Positions 20,727 to 30,514 of a stretch of 64,000 nt of DNA are shown in pieces. Numbering within the stretch: the first letter of the stretch is position 1; each line of letters opens with the position of its first letter. Made by a program: the position numbers and the translations under genes. Under the pieces are notes generated by a model. It saw only the letters and a list, made by a program, of their open reading frames with translations, did not search any database and had not been told where the DNA came from. The DNA lies in the IMG/VR virus record IMGVR_UViG_2703718869_000013, positions 33,127-97,126 of that record; one strand, written 5' to 3'. This DNA comes from a virus (taxonomy: Duplodnaviria; Heunggongvirae; Uroviricota; Caudoviricetes).

Positions 20727-23576
20727 ATGAATGACGTTACAGTTGTTACATCGGTTACTTACCCATCACCCGAGTCGTTGGCTCTGGTTGCTGATGTGCA
20801 ATACCACGAACCATATCTGTCAGCCGCGCTAAACCGAAAATTCAGGGGGATTGTTGACCCGGGATTTTATGCCGGTTTCTTACCTAAGCCTGGCGGTGGG
20901 ATGAACCTGTTAATCACCTCAGTGGATGGAGATAAAACCGCAGGCGCGGCGTCGGTGGATATTGGTGAATTCTACCAGGTAACTATTCAGCAATGTACGG
21001 ATATTCCTCTTGCACTTAGTGCAGGCAAGAAATATGCAATTGTGCTGAAGGGAAGATACCTCCTTGGAGAGGATACCTATCAGGTTAATACCGCGTCACA
21101 TATTCATGCGGCTGAATTTGTTACCAGAACCTATACCGATTCATATCAGTTAGGAGATGGGGAGCTGCTTGTTTGTACGGTGAATATCCCTGCTGGAGTA
21201 TCAGCCATTACCCAGGAGATGATTGATACATCCGAGCGTATTAACCGCACGATCGGCATTGATATCTCAGACTCTGTAACCAGTAGCAGAAGTGATGTTG
21301 CTGCAAGTTCGCTGGCAGTTAAAAAAGCCTACGATCTGGCGAACAGTAAGTATACGGCGCAGGATGCAAGCACAACGCAAAAGGGATTAGTTCAGCTCAG
21401 TAGCGAAACTAACAGCGACAGCGAAACAATGGCGGCTACCCCTAAAGCCGTTAAGTCTGTAAAAGATCTTGCTGATACCAAAGCGCCAATAGAAAGCCCG
21501 AGTCTGACAGGAACGCCAACCGCGCCGACGGCAGCGCAAGGTACAAATAGCACGCAGATCGCAAATACAGCCTTTGTTAAGGCAGCTATAACGGCACTTA
21601 TCAACGGTGCACCTGGCACACTGGATACGCTTAAAGAAATAGCTGCTGCGATCAATAACGACCCGAATTTCAGCACAACTATCAACAATGCTCTGGCTCT
21701 TAAAGCTCCTTTAGCAAGTCCTGCATTAACGGGAATACCTACTGCGCCTACCGCTGCACAGGGTACGAATAACACGCAGATTGCTACGACCGCTTATGTA
21801 AGAGCTGCCATATCCGCATTGGTTGGTTCATCACCAGAAGCTCTTGATACCCTGAATGAGCTTGCCGCAGCACTTGGTAATGACCCGAACTTTGCGACAA
21901 CAATGACAAATGCGCTGGCAGGCAAACAGCCTCTGGATGCAACTTTAACCGCGCTTGCTGGTCTTGCTACAGGCGCAAATAAATTGCCGTACTTTACCGG
22001 TACAGACACTATTTCTCAGACTGACTTAACGTCAGTCGGTCGCGATATTCTGGCCAAAACAAGCGTCCTTGCTGTTATCCAATACCTTGATTTAAGAGAA
22101 CTTGGCACAAGCGGTGAAAAGATCCCCCTGTTGAGCACGGCTAACAAATGGGGTGCACGCCAGACTTTCAACGGTGGGATCACCGGGGCGCTGACAGGGA
22201 ACGCCGACACCGCGACGAAATTAAAAACAGCCATAAACATTAATGGCGTCAGATTCGATGGTTCGGCTGACATTAATATCAATACTCTGGTATCTCGCGG
22301 TCGCGTAACGGCCCTAGAGGCGAATGCACAGGGAACATCCGGGATTCAGCTGTATGAGGCATACAACAATGGCTACCCTTCCCCCTATGGCAATGTGCTT
22401 CACCTTAAAGGTGCCACCGCTGCTGGCGAAGGTGAGTTATTCATTGGCTGGAGTGGCACGAGCGGTGACCATGCGCCCGTACATATCCGTTCGCGGCGTG
22501 ATACTGATTCTGCCAACTGGTCTGAATGGGCGCAGGTCTATACGTCAAAAGATTCAATTCCCGGCGTCAATGCCAAAGGGGATCAGGACACCTCTGGTAA
22601 TGCGGCTACAGCGACCAAGTTGCAGACAGCATGTACTATCAATGGCGTCTCGTTTGATGGTTCTACTGATATCACTTTAACCGCTGCGCATGTTGCTGCT
22701 TTTGCCAGAAGAGCAACGGATACGTATGCCGATGCGGATGGGGGCGTTCCCTGGAATGCCGAATCAGGCGCTTACAATGTCATTCGCTCTGCCGACAGCT
22801 ATATTCTGGTTAACTTCTATACCGGAGTCGGAAGTTGCCCGACCTTGCAGATGAAGGCGCATTACAGAAATGGTGGTCTGTTCTACCGTTCTTCAAGAGA
22901 CGGTTATGGTTTTGAGGAAGACTGGGCAGAAGTTTATACCTCGAAAAATCTTCCACCAGAAAGCTACCCAGTCGGCGCACCAATCCCGTGGCCATCAGAT
23001 ACCGTTCCGTCTGGTTATGCCCTGATGCAGGGGCAGACTTTTGACAAATCTGCATACCCGAAACTTGCAGCGGCTTATCCGTCAGGCGTTATTCCTGATA
23101 TGCGTGGCTGGACGATTAAGGGCAAGCCCGGCAGTGGTCGTGCCGTATTGTCTCAGGAACAGGACGGCATTAAATCGCACACCCACAGCGCCAGCGCATC
23201 CAGTACGGATTTGGGGACGAAAACCACATCGTCGTTTGATTACGGTACTAAAACGACCAGTTCATTTGATTACGGCACAAAAACTACGAATAGCGCTGGA
23301 AATCATTCACACAATATACCTGTTGGTCACACTGGCGCGGGGAATGGTGTATCAGCCGGTTTTAACGCTGCGTTAGGTACTGGTACCACGTCGAGCGCAG
23401 GCGAGCATGCTCACAATGTATATATCGGTGCCCATAACCACACTATCGGCATTGGTGCTCATGCCCATTCTGTCATTATTGGTCCCCACGGACACACCAT
23501 CACCGTTAACGCTACGGGTAACGAAGAAAACACCGTAAAAAACATCGCATTTAACTATATTGTGAGGCTTGCATAA
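20727..23576 (+). CDS. S: tail fibre protein S with lambda Stf-like distal tip
   Basis: ATG at 20727 preceded by AAGGA; repeated motif [20 protein letters not shown] of the T4 gp37 / P1 S / Mu S family; C-terminus has His-x-His boxes and ends [13 protein letters not shown] as lambda Stf does. Confidence 0.85.
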   Translation: MNDVTVVTSVTYPSPESLALVADVQYHEPYLSAALNRKFRGIVDPGFYAGFLPKPGGGMNLLITSVDGDKTAGAASVDIGEFYQVTIQQCTDIPLALSAGKKYAIVLKGRYLLGEDTYQVNTASHIHAAEFVTRTYTDSYQLGDGELLVCTVNIPAGVSAITQEMIDTSERINRTIGIDISDSVTSSRSDVAASSLAVKKAYDLANSKYTAQDASTTQKGLVQLSSETNSDSETMAATPKAVKSVKDLADTKAPIESPSLTGTPTAPTAAQGTNSTQIANTAFVKAAITALINGAPGTLDTLKEIAAAINNDPNFSTTINNALALKAPLASPALTGIPTAPTAAQGTNNTQIATTAYVRAAISALVGSSPEALDTLNELAAALGNDPNFATTMTNALAGKQPLDATLTALAGLATGANKLPYFTGTDTISQTDLTSVGRDILAKTSVLAVIQYLDLRELGTSGEKIPLLSTANKWGARQTFNGGITGALTGNADTATKLKTAININGVRFDGSADININTLVSRGRVTALEANAQGTSGIQLYEAYNNGYPSPYGNVLHLKGATAAGEGELFIGWSGTSGDHAPVHIRSRRDTDSANWSEWAQVYTSKDSIPGVNAKGDQDTSGNAATATKLQTACTINGVSFDGSTDITLTAAHVAAFARRATDTYADADGGVPWNAESGAYNVIRSADSYILVNFYTGVGSCPTLQMKAHYRNGGLFYRSSRDGYGFEEDWAEVYTSKNLPPESYPVGAPIPWPSDTVPSGYALMQGQTFDKSAYPKLAAAYPSGVIPDMRGWTIKGKPGSGRAVLSQEQDGIKSHTHSASASSTDLGTKTTSSFDYGTKTTSSFDYGTKTTNSAGNHSHNIPVGHTGAGNGVSAGFNAALGTGTTSSAGEHAHNVYIGAHNHTIGIGAHAHSVIIGPHGHTITVNATGNEENTVKNIAFNYIVRLA

Positions 23577-24154
23577 TGACATTCAGAATGAGTGAACAAT
23601 CACGGACCATAAAAATTTATAATCTACTGGCTGGAACCAATGAGTTTATTGGTGAAGGTGATGCATACATTCCACCTCATACAGGTCTGCCTGCAAACAG
23701 TACCGATATTGCCCCGCCAGATATTCCGGCTGGCTTCGTGGCCGTTTTCAACAGTGATGAGGCATCGTGGAATCTCGTTGAAGACCATCGGGGAAAAACC
23801 GTCTATGACGTGGCTTCCGGCGACGCGTTATTTATTTCTGAACTTGGCCCATTACCGGAAAATGTCACCTGGTTATCCCCGGAAGGGGAGTTTCAGAAGT
23901 GGAACGGCACAGCCTGGGTGAAAGATGCAGAAGCAGAAAAACTGTTCCGGATCCGGAAGGCGGAAGAAACAAAAAACAGCCTGATGCAGATGGCCAGTGA
24001 GCATATTGCGCCACTTCAGGATGCCGTAGATTTGGATATTGCGACGGAGGAAGAGGCATCGTTACTGACTGCATGGAAGACATATCGGGTATTGTTGAAT
24101 CGTGTTGATACAACAGTAGCATCGGATGTTGAGTGGCCAGTCGCCCCGCAATAA
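23576..24154 (+). CDS. tfa: tail fibre assembly protein (lambda Tfa-like)
   Basis: 192 aa, [44 protein letters not shown]..., near-identical over most of its length to lambda Tfa as I recall it. Confidence 0.85.
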   Translation: MTFRMSEQSRTIKIYNLLAGTNEFIGEGDAYIPPHTGLPANSTDIAPPDIPAGFVAVFNSDEASWNLVEDHRGKTVYDVASGDALFISELGPLPENVTWLSPEGEFQKWNGTAWVKDAEAEKLFRIRKAEETKNSLMQMASEHIAPLQDAVDLDIATEEEASLLTAWKTYRVLLNRVDTTVASDVEWPVAPQ

Positions 24155-24197
24155 AAGGATAAAGCCATCGATAGAAATATTGATGGCTTCATGTACT

Positions 24198-24701
24198 CTA
24201 TTTATACAATACAACACCGCTCTTTTTTGTTATATATGTGCAGTTCGATGGTATATCTTTATTTATAAAAGACATTGCACCTATTTTTACATTATCCCCA
24301 ATTTTACGTGATAATCCAATGATGCAACAATTAGCTCCGATATCAACGTTATTACCAATTTTTACTCTTGAACCAGGCATGTCACCATCTACCTGTCCAA
24401 TGGTAGTATTCTGTCGCAAAACCAGATTTTCACCAGCATCAACAGCAAAATGAACAACAATTCCAGTATGATGGGGAATTGTTAAACCTTTTCCAATATT
24501 TGCGCCCAATCCAATTTCGCAACCAAATCTGTTAATTATATTATTGTTTAACTTTCTGGCTGCTTTCTTATGTAATTTATTGCCATTAATATACATTTCA
24601 TTAGCCAGTCTCCACCAGAAAAGGAAATTCCGATTGCGCTGCTTCTTCTCTCTTAATAGTCGCCAAACATCCATTTTTTCACGCCTGATGATTTCAGCCA
24701 T
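24198..24701 (-). CDS. hexapeptide-repeat O-acetyltransferase (WcaB/CysE-like)
   Basis: Left-handed beta-helix repeats (GCEIGLGANIGKGLTIPHHTGIVV...) and WcaB-like length from Met at 24701; the listed ORF extends to 24770; very AT-rich flanks. Confidence 0.6.
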   Translation of the reverse strand: MAEIIRREKMDVWRLLREKKQRNRNFLFWWRLANEMYINGNKLHKKAARKLNNNIINRFGCEIGLGANIGKGLTIPHHTGIVVHFAVDAGENLVLRQNTTIGQVDGDMPGSRVKIGNNVDIGANCCIIGLSRKIGDNVKIGAMSFINKDIPSNCTYITKKSGVVLYK

Positions 24702-25525
24702 CCAGTAGCTCAATAGAGCTTTTGAATTCCCGAAGATGACAAAGTGAATAGCTATTAAGTAACATAACATATTGCAACTGCCTATATTTTTTGGTTTCTA
24801 TGTTTATATATTGACATTATAATTAAAACAATAATCATCAGTGTGTTACTGCGTTCCTGCTAAACTAAATCAACGCACAATGTAAACACAAATGTTAATT
24901 TTAAACTGAGCGCTAAAGGGATGTCAATATTGTATTGATAATGAGTTGCAAGATTGCCAACACTTTCTATATTTTTGGATGTAATAATTTATATTTTATC
25001 TATTTAGTGTTTCTTTAGACTTATTAAGGATGTCATTATTAATTTATGGCTTGCCATTTCTATACATATCTGTTAAAAATTTTGACTTGTTTGTTGAAAA
25101 TAGATTTAATTGATTGGTTTATTTTTTACATGACGCTCTTTAATATAGCTTCAGGTATATATAAGCACAATGCATTATTTCCAGAGGAAATTAACAAAAT
25201 TGTTAGCTCTTATTTGTTGAGCTTATAGATATTAATTAAGGCCCGATTCCGGGCCTTTCCTCATTCCGGCTTTTCGGGAAACGTTACTGGAAGGATGGAG
25301 GTATCCGTGGATTCGACTTTCTGCGCATAGAGAATCCACTCGGTTAATTTTTGTTTACCCTGAACGGAAATAATGCCTAGCCGTAACTGTGAGTCCCAGA
25401 GCTGAGTTTTATCCCTGACGAGCTGTAGCAGGCTTTGCTTTTCTTTTTCCGCTTGTTGTCTTTGCATGACCGGTTGAGAAGTTACTTTGCATACCATTAC
25501 CTCCTGACAACGTAGGAGGGAACTT

Positions 25526-25855
25526 GTGCTTGACACACAGGAATTAGCTCCAGTTGCTATTGCGCTCCTGCTTTCAGTAATTGGTGGGATAGGCACGTTC
25601 CTGATGGATGTCCGAGACGGTCGCCAGTCTGGCAATTTGTTGGGATTGGTTACGGAGATCTTTGTTGCAGTGACAGCTGGCGCGGTGGCGTACCTATTGG
25701 GGCAACACGAGGGCTGGGAGTTATCAATTACGTACTTAATGGTAACGATAGCCAGCAATAACGGTCATGAGGTGATTTCAGGGATGAAACGAGTGAATAT
25801 CGATAGCATTCTGAATGTTCTTACAAGTTTGGTGAAAAAGGGAGGTGGGAAATGA
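25526..25855 (+). CDS. lydA: holin (LydA-like)
   Basis: 109 aa with two hydrophobic helices; GTG start preceded by AGGAGGG (25514-25520); followed by an overlapping lydB-like gene. Confidence 0.55.
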   Translation: MLDTQELAPVAIALLLSVIGGIGTFLMDVRDGRQSGNLLGLVTEIFVAVTAGAVAYLLGQHEGWELSITYLMVTIASNNGHEVISGMKRVNIDSILNVLTSLVKKGGGK

Positions 25856-26295
25856 TTGGCTGGGGTGTATGCGCTCTTGCGTTAGCCTTAGCCGATCGCT
25901 ATTTGCTAAAACGCAAGGACATCACGCATTTAGAACTTGGTGATGTGGAAATTAAACCGGGTTTCATCCGGGTGCCGTTCAAATACCGGTCTAAATTCCC
26001 GTTTTTGCGCGGCGCAACGGTCAGATATTGGATCCGCGATGTTCAGAAGCCAACGACAGTGATTGAAGGCGAACAACGTTGTCTGACGTCGGCTGAACAG
26101 GGCGAAAACAGTGAATGGTTGTACATACCCACTGAATATATGGGTAAAGGAGAACGGCTGTGGCATTTCAACGTCATGGTTACGCATGGCGACTCGTTCA
26201 TTAACCCGTTGTATCGGATTTTCCCTGTTACTCAGCAAATCCGCAGAAGTTACGTAATAAATCTCGCACAGGATGTGTCAGATGACGAAAAATAA
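25852..26295 (+). CDS. lydB: LydB-like antiholin / lysis regulator
   Basis: 147 aa with N-terminal hydrophobic segment, overlapping the holin stop. Confidence 0.45.
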   Translation: MIGWGVCALALALADRYLLKRKDITHLELGDVEIKPGFIRVPFKYRSKFPFLRGATVRYWIRDVQKPTTVIEGEQRCLTSAEQGENSEWLYIPTEYMGKGERLWHFNVMVTHGDSFINPLYRIFPVTQQIRRSYVINLAQDVSDDEK

Positions 26296-26884
26296 GTATG
26301 CAACGGTCGATTTTGACCAGGTTAATGAAAAGGGGCTGAAATCCCTTATCGCGGCGATCAATAAAACCGGTGTTACGGTAATTGAGGTTGACTCCAGCAA
26401 CCGCGCAACAACGAAAGATGGCGTTAAAGTTAAAACCGCAAAGCTGGTTCTTAACGACGGACAAATTCTTGCCATACAGGTAAACGATACTGGCGATATA
26501 TCGTCTGTGAGGCTGAATGGAAAAGCTATTCCTAACGCTCAGTCGCCGGATATCAAGACGCTTGGTACCGTCATGGGGCAAGCGGCCCGCAAAAACTCCG
26601 CAAAATTCCAGAAATCACTGATCGCCAAAGCGAAACGTGTTGCCAATCCGGTAGACAAGAAACCGGCAGTAAAATCCAACTTTCAGCGCCTGCAAGAGGC
26701 AAAACAGCGGAATGCTCAGGTGGTTGCCGCTTATAAATCAGCGCAGAACTCGGTGTCTTTCAATCAACAGCAGATCACTGATTTGCGGGCGAAGCTGGAT
26801 AAGGAGACAGGCCGACTCAATAACGAAAAGGCCCGAAATGGCGAACTCAAACGCCGTCTTAAGCAACTGAAAGCAGGAAATTAA
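26273..26884 (+). CDS. hdf: Hdf-like protein (homolog of a DarA fragment)
   Basis: Shares motifs NDGQILAI and KNSAKFQ with the downstream 639-aa DarA-like protein (SDGQTISI, KNSAKFQ); start may be ATG at 26282. Confidence 0.5.
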   Translation: MCQMTKNKYATVDFDQVNEKGLKSLIAAINKTGVTVIEVDSSNRATTKDGVKVKTAKLVLNDGQILAIQVNDTGDISSVRLNGKAIPNAQSPDIKTLGTVMGQAARKNSAKFQKSLIAKAKRVANPVDKKPAVKSNFQRLQEAKQRNAQVVAAYKSAQNSVSFNQQQITDLRAKLDKETGRLNNEKARNGELKRRLKQLKAGN

Positions 26885-26885
26885 C

Positions 26886-28805
26886 ATGGAACAGTTCAAT
26901 ATCAATAAAGGGGTGGCGATCAAGCCTGGGCTTGACGTGCTTCCCCCGCCAGTGACTGATGATGAATATCGCGCATTAATGGCCGGTGAGGACCGCTATC
27001 TGATGACGGAATCCAACACCCTGGAGGAAATCGAGGCTACGTTCTTCTATGACACGCCGATCCACTGGTGTGCTACGGATTTACTGGAGGCGATTAGTTC
27101 TACTCGTTTGCAGCTACACCGGACCATGCAGGCATTTGTCCGGGCATTGAACCAGAAGCTGAATGGTACCGGAATCTCTGCGGGGAGTGATAAAACGGGG
27201 GACGTGGCCCAGAACGGTGCACGCGCGATCGGCGGGGCTGAAATTGGCCGGGCGCGTAACGTTAACGGGCTGCCGGTTCTGCCAGCCATTATTCCGCTCA
27301 GTGATGGTCAGACTATCAGCATTCTGTTTCATAGCCCGACAGCGGAAAACCGGATCACCAATAGCGATACGCTGATTGCTTTCCAGTTCTTACTGAATAA
27401 AAAAGACGTTACTCATACCGTTGCTCCGATGAGTGGACGTGATATGACGCTGGCGCAGGTCACCATGAAACTTGCCAACCTTGCAGAGAAAAACTCGGCA
27501 AAATTCCAGCGTGCGCAGAAGAAGAAAAAAGCCCTGGTTGATGAAATAACCCAACTACAGGCTGACAGTGACCAGAAAGAGGATGCCATGAGCGACCTCG
27601 CGGATCAGGTGGCAGCGGTAGAAGGCCAGAAGGCAGATCTGGAGCAGAAAATTAACGTGGTTGCTTCGGAAGCGGATTCTCTTTATCAAGAAAATGAGCG
27701 TTTGCAGGCGGAGATTGATCAGCTCAATCGCACTGGTGGGCGCGATACCATTGCTCCTGCGGGGATGACTGGTGGGCACTCTCGCGTGCTGACGGATCGC
27801 CTTGCCAGTATCAAAAATCGTATGCATATGGACGGGGAAGCGACGCTCAGTAATGGTGCATCAATGAAGCAATTCATTGGGGATGGCGAAGGGTATATCC
27901 AGTTAACCGATCCGGATGGCAGCGTATACATGATCAAGGCTAAATCCATACAGGGTGTGGACATGGCAGATGCGATCGGCAAGCTGTTTAAAGCCTATAA
28001 AGCGGGTAATGTATCGGAATACCTGGTCCAACCAGAAGAACATAAACCGGAAAACGTCGAACCTGAACCAGCGGAGGATACCGGTAGCTCTTCGCCTGAA
28101 CCAGAAGTCTCTGTAGGTGCATATCGATATGCCCTGCAAATGCGTCCGGCGGCCCCTGGCGCAATACCTGAAGGTAACAAAGCAATTCTGCCGCGCCCTG
28201 ATGAAGGTGACCCGTATTATGAATATGCACGCTACGGCATTGCTACTTACGATACCCCGCTTTCTGATCAGCAAATGAGTGAGTACGACCTGAAGTTATT
28301 GCCTCGCGAGGATTCTTTCGACTTCCTGGCGAAGACACTTACTAATGGTCCGTTTGGCAAATATGCACAAAAAGCTCTGGATCTGGCCACCAGCTCACCA
28401 GACGAGTTCCGCGTAATGCTGAAAACTCAGTTTCAAAAAACTTTCCCCAATATTGCGTTTCCGGGGGGCGCTGGCACCGAGAAAATGGTGCAGAGCATGA
28501 TCAATGCATTGCAGGCCGAAGTCGGTGAGATTACTCAGCCAGAACCTGCCCCGGCACAGCCTGATGAAACGGTTAGCGAAGCAGATGCAGAGGCTAATAA
28601 AGCCATTGAATATCTCAATAACGTGATGGATATGCAAAGCACTGACATGGCGGAGATCCGTAACGCCCGGGGTAATGTCCGGGAAGCGATTGCAGCCCTT
28701 CAGGCTGCCGGGCGTTTTGAGGAAAACGAAGAGCTGGTTAATGGCGCTGCTCGCCACCTGGCTGATCTGCTGGTAGCAATCCAGAAAGCGGGGGTAGCGG
28801 CATGA
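26886..28805 (+). CDS. darA: DarA-like virion antirestriction protein
   Basis: 639 aa; position after lydAB as in the P1 darA operon; coiled-coil central region. Confidence 0.55.
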   Translation: MEQFNINKGVAIKPGLDVLPPPVTDDEYRALMAGEDRYLMTESNTLEEIEATFFYDTPIHWCATDLLEAISSTRLQLHRTMQAFVRALNQKLNGTGISAGSDKTGDVAQNGARAIGGAEIGRARNVNGLPVLPAIIPLSDGQTISILFHSPTAENRITNSDTLIAFQFLLNKKDVTHTVAPMSGRDMTLAQVTMKLANLAEKNSAKFQRAQKKKKALVDEITQLQADSDQKEDAMSDLADQVAAVEGQKADLEQKINVVASEADSLYQENERLQAEIDQLNRTGGRDTIAPAGMTGGHSRVLTDRLASIKNRMHMDGEATLSNGASMKQFIGDGEGYIQLTDPDGSVYMIKAKSIQGVDMADAIGKLFKAYKAGNVSEYLVQPEEHKPENVEPEPAEDTGSSSPEPEVSVGAYRYALQMRPAAPGAIPEGNKAILPRPDEGDPYYEYARYGIATYDTPLSDQQMSEYDLKLLPREDSFDFLAKTLTNGPFGKYAQKALDLATSSPDEFRVMLKTQFQKTFPNIAFPGGAGTEKMVQSMINALQAEVGEITQPEPAPAQPDETVSEADAEANKAIEYLNNVMDMQSTDMAEIRNARGNVREAIAALQAAGRFEENEELVNGAARHLADLLVAIQKAGVAA

Positions 28806-29167
28806 CACTATCAGCTATTGAGTTAATGGACCTCAGCGATAAGTTGGATGCTCTGATGTCCAAAGCGGCTACCGCGAGTGGCATGGAGTTGCTGGATATC
28901 AGCGATGAAATTGACCAGATCATGCAACAGATGGGGTACGGCGCGTCTGGCGACGGTAGTGGCGAGGAGAAACAACCTTCGGAACATGATGGTGTGCCAA
29001 AACTGGTTGCTGATTTCCTGGCTGATAAATTCGTCGATCAGAGCACCGATGCATTTATCGGTACGTTGCAGGACTTGAGTCAATATGTTGGCACATACAT
29101 CGATCTGGACCAGGTTAAACAGCACACGGCGGCATGGATAGCCGCCAACATTAAAGAGGCAGCGTGA
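28802..29167 (+). CDS. ddrA: DdrA-like small acidic protein
   Basis: 121 aa, overlapping the darA stop; acidic. Confidence 0.4.
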   Translation: MTLSAIELMDLSDKLDALMSKAATASGMELLDISDEIDQIMQQMGYGASGDGSGEEKQPSEHDGVPKLVADFLADKFVDQSTDAFIGTLQDLSQYVGTYIDLDQVKQHTAAWIAANIKEAA

Positions 29168-30514
29168 CATCCTCCACGCCCCGAAGGGCGTGGATTCCTG
29201 CTACGTTCAGGCTGTCGCCTGAATCATTTCGGTGGGTTCCTGCTTCAACGGGCGGCCTGACTGCACCATCCCTCCACAGGCAAGTACGGCGTGTCCCGCC
29301 GCTAAAATGTTACGAGCGCCGTTTACATCGGCGTTCGCTGTATATCCACATACCTGGCATCTGAATTTACTTTGTGACAGGCGATTTTCTTTCGCTGTAT
29401 GACCACAGCACGCGCAACGCTGGCTTGTGTACGCTGGCGGAACAGCAAGCACCTGACCGCCACGCCAGAGCTGCTTGTACTCAAGCTGGCGGCGCATTTC
29501 ATACCAGCCCTGATCCAGTATCGAACGGTTTAAACCTGATTTTGCCCGGACATTGCGACCCGGATGACTTATCGTTCCCGCCGCTGACTTTGACATGTAT
29601 TTAACCTTCAAATCCTCAATGACAATCATTGCGTGGTTTTTGCTGATGATCGTTGTGACTTTATGAAGGTAGTCTCTGCGGATATTTGCGATACGAAAAT
29701 GCAGTCGCTGTATTTTGCGTTTCTGCTTCTGCCAGTTGTTGCTGAATTTGACCTTGCGGCTTAACTGTCGCTGAAGTCTCGCCAGCTTCTTCTGGTTTTT
29801 CTGAAAACTGTTTACAGGCTCAAAGACTGTGCCATCTGACAGCGTGGCGAGTTTAGCCACGCCAGCATCCAGCCCGATCATTGATGCTGAAGGGTGAACC
29901 GGAGTGGATATTTCACTTTCTGTCTGAATACTGATGTACCACTTACCGCAGGACTGGCTGACAGTGACATTTTTCACAACTCCCGTGACCTGACGGCTAT
30001 TCCGGTAGCGCATCCAGCCCAGTTTCGGCAGAAAAATACGGCTGTTTTCCTGATCGAGCTTAACGCCCTGCGGGTAGCGAAATGCATCATTCTGTCCCCG
30101 CTTTTTGAATCGGGGAAAAGCAGCCCGATTCTGGAAGAAGTTTTTGTAAGCCCGCTCAAGGTCTTTCAGTGACTGTTGCAATGGCTGTGAGGGAGAATCT
30201 ATAAGCCATTCGGTTTCAGTGTCTTTTTTCCACTCAACCAACCAGGAAGCCATTTTCGTGTAAGGGATGTATTTTTTACCGGCCTCATGATTCTCATTCT
30301 GAAGCGCCAGAGCACGGTTGAAAACGAAACGACAAGCTCCGGCAAAGTGCCTCATTTGACACTCCTGTTGACCATCTGGTTTTAACCGGAATTTGAATGA
30401 CACCTGTTGTTTCATGTCACTATTTTAAGCAAAAATAGCCGGGAGGAAAACTGTGCCTTATATCCCCACTATGAGGAGCGTAGGGGGCGGCACATTGGAT
30501 AAGGCGTAACAGGG
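29168..30514 (-). mobile_element. IS200/IS605-family insertion element carrying tnpB only; boundaries approximate
   Basis: TnpB ORF with flanking non-coding DNA inserted between ddrA and ddrB; subterminal hairpin ccacgccc cgaa gggcgtgg at 29174-29193; no tnpA ORF seen. Confidence 0.55.
29207..30415 (-). CDS. tnpB: TnpB (OrfB) RNA-guided nuclease-type transposase-associated protein
   Basis: 402 aa; RuvC-like motifs ([21 protein letters not shown]) and C-terminal zinc finger CACCGH...CQVCG. Confidence 0.85.
   Translation of the reverse strand: MKQQVSFKFRLKPDGQQECQMRHFAGACRFVFNRALALQNENHEAGKKYIPYTKMASWLVEWKKDTETEWLIDSPSQPLQQSLKDLERAYKNFFQNRAAFPRFKKRGQNDAFRYPQGVKLDQENSRIFLPKLGWMRYRNSRQVTGVVKNVTVSQSCGKWYISIQTESEISTPVHPSASMIGLDAGVAKLATLSDGTVFEPVNSFQKNQKKLARLQRQLSRKVKFSNNWQKQKRKIQRLHFRIANIRRDYLHKVTTIISKNHAMIVIEDLKVKYMSKSAAGTISHPGRNVRAKSGLNRSILDQGWYEMRRQLEYKQLWRGGQVLAVPPAYTSQRCACCGHTAKENRLSQSKFRCQVCGYTANADVNGARNILAAGHAVLACGGMVQSGRPLKQEPTEMIQATA

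Noticed and set aside
23200-23300. Near-tandem 30-nt repeats that could look like a short CRISPR-like or direct-repeat array
   Set aside because: They lie inside the tail fibre ORF and encode a repeated peptide ([10 protein letters not shown] three times); no spacer-repeat architecture and no cas genes.
24155-24200. Possible cix recombination sites and an invertible C segment after the tail fibre assembly gene
   Set aside because: Only an imperfect hairpin is present; no inverted duplicate of the fibre tip and no invertase gene follows.
25261-25758. 165-aa ORF on the minus strand overlapping lydA
   Set aside because: The upstream two-thirds is antisense to the holin gene; at most a short 3' portion (25261 to about 25470) might be real, and evidence is insufficient to call it.
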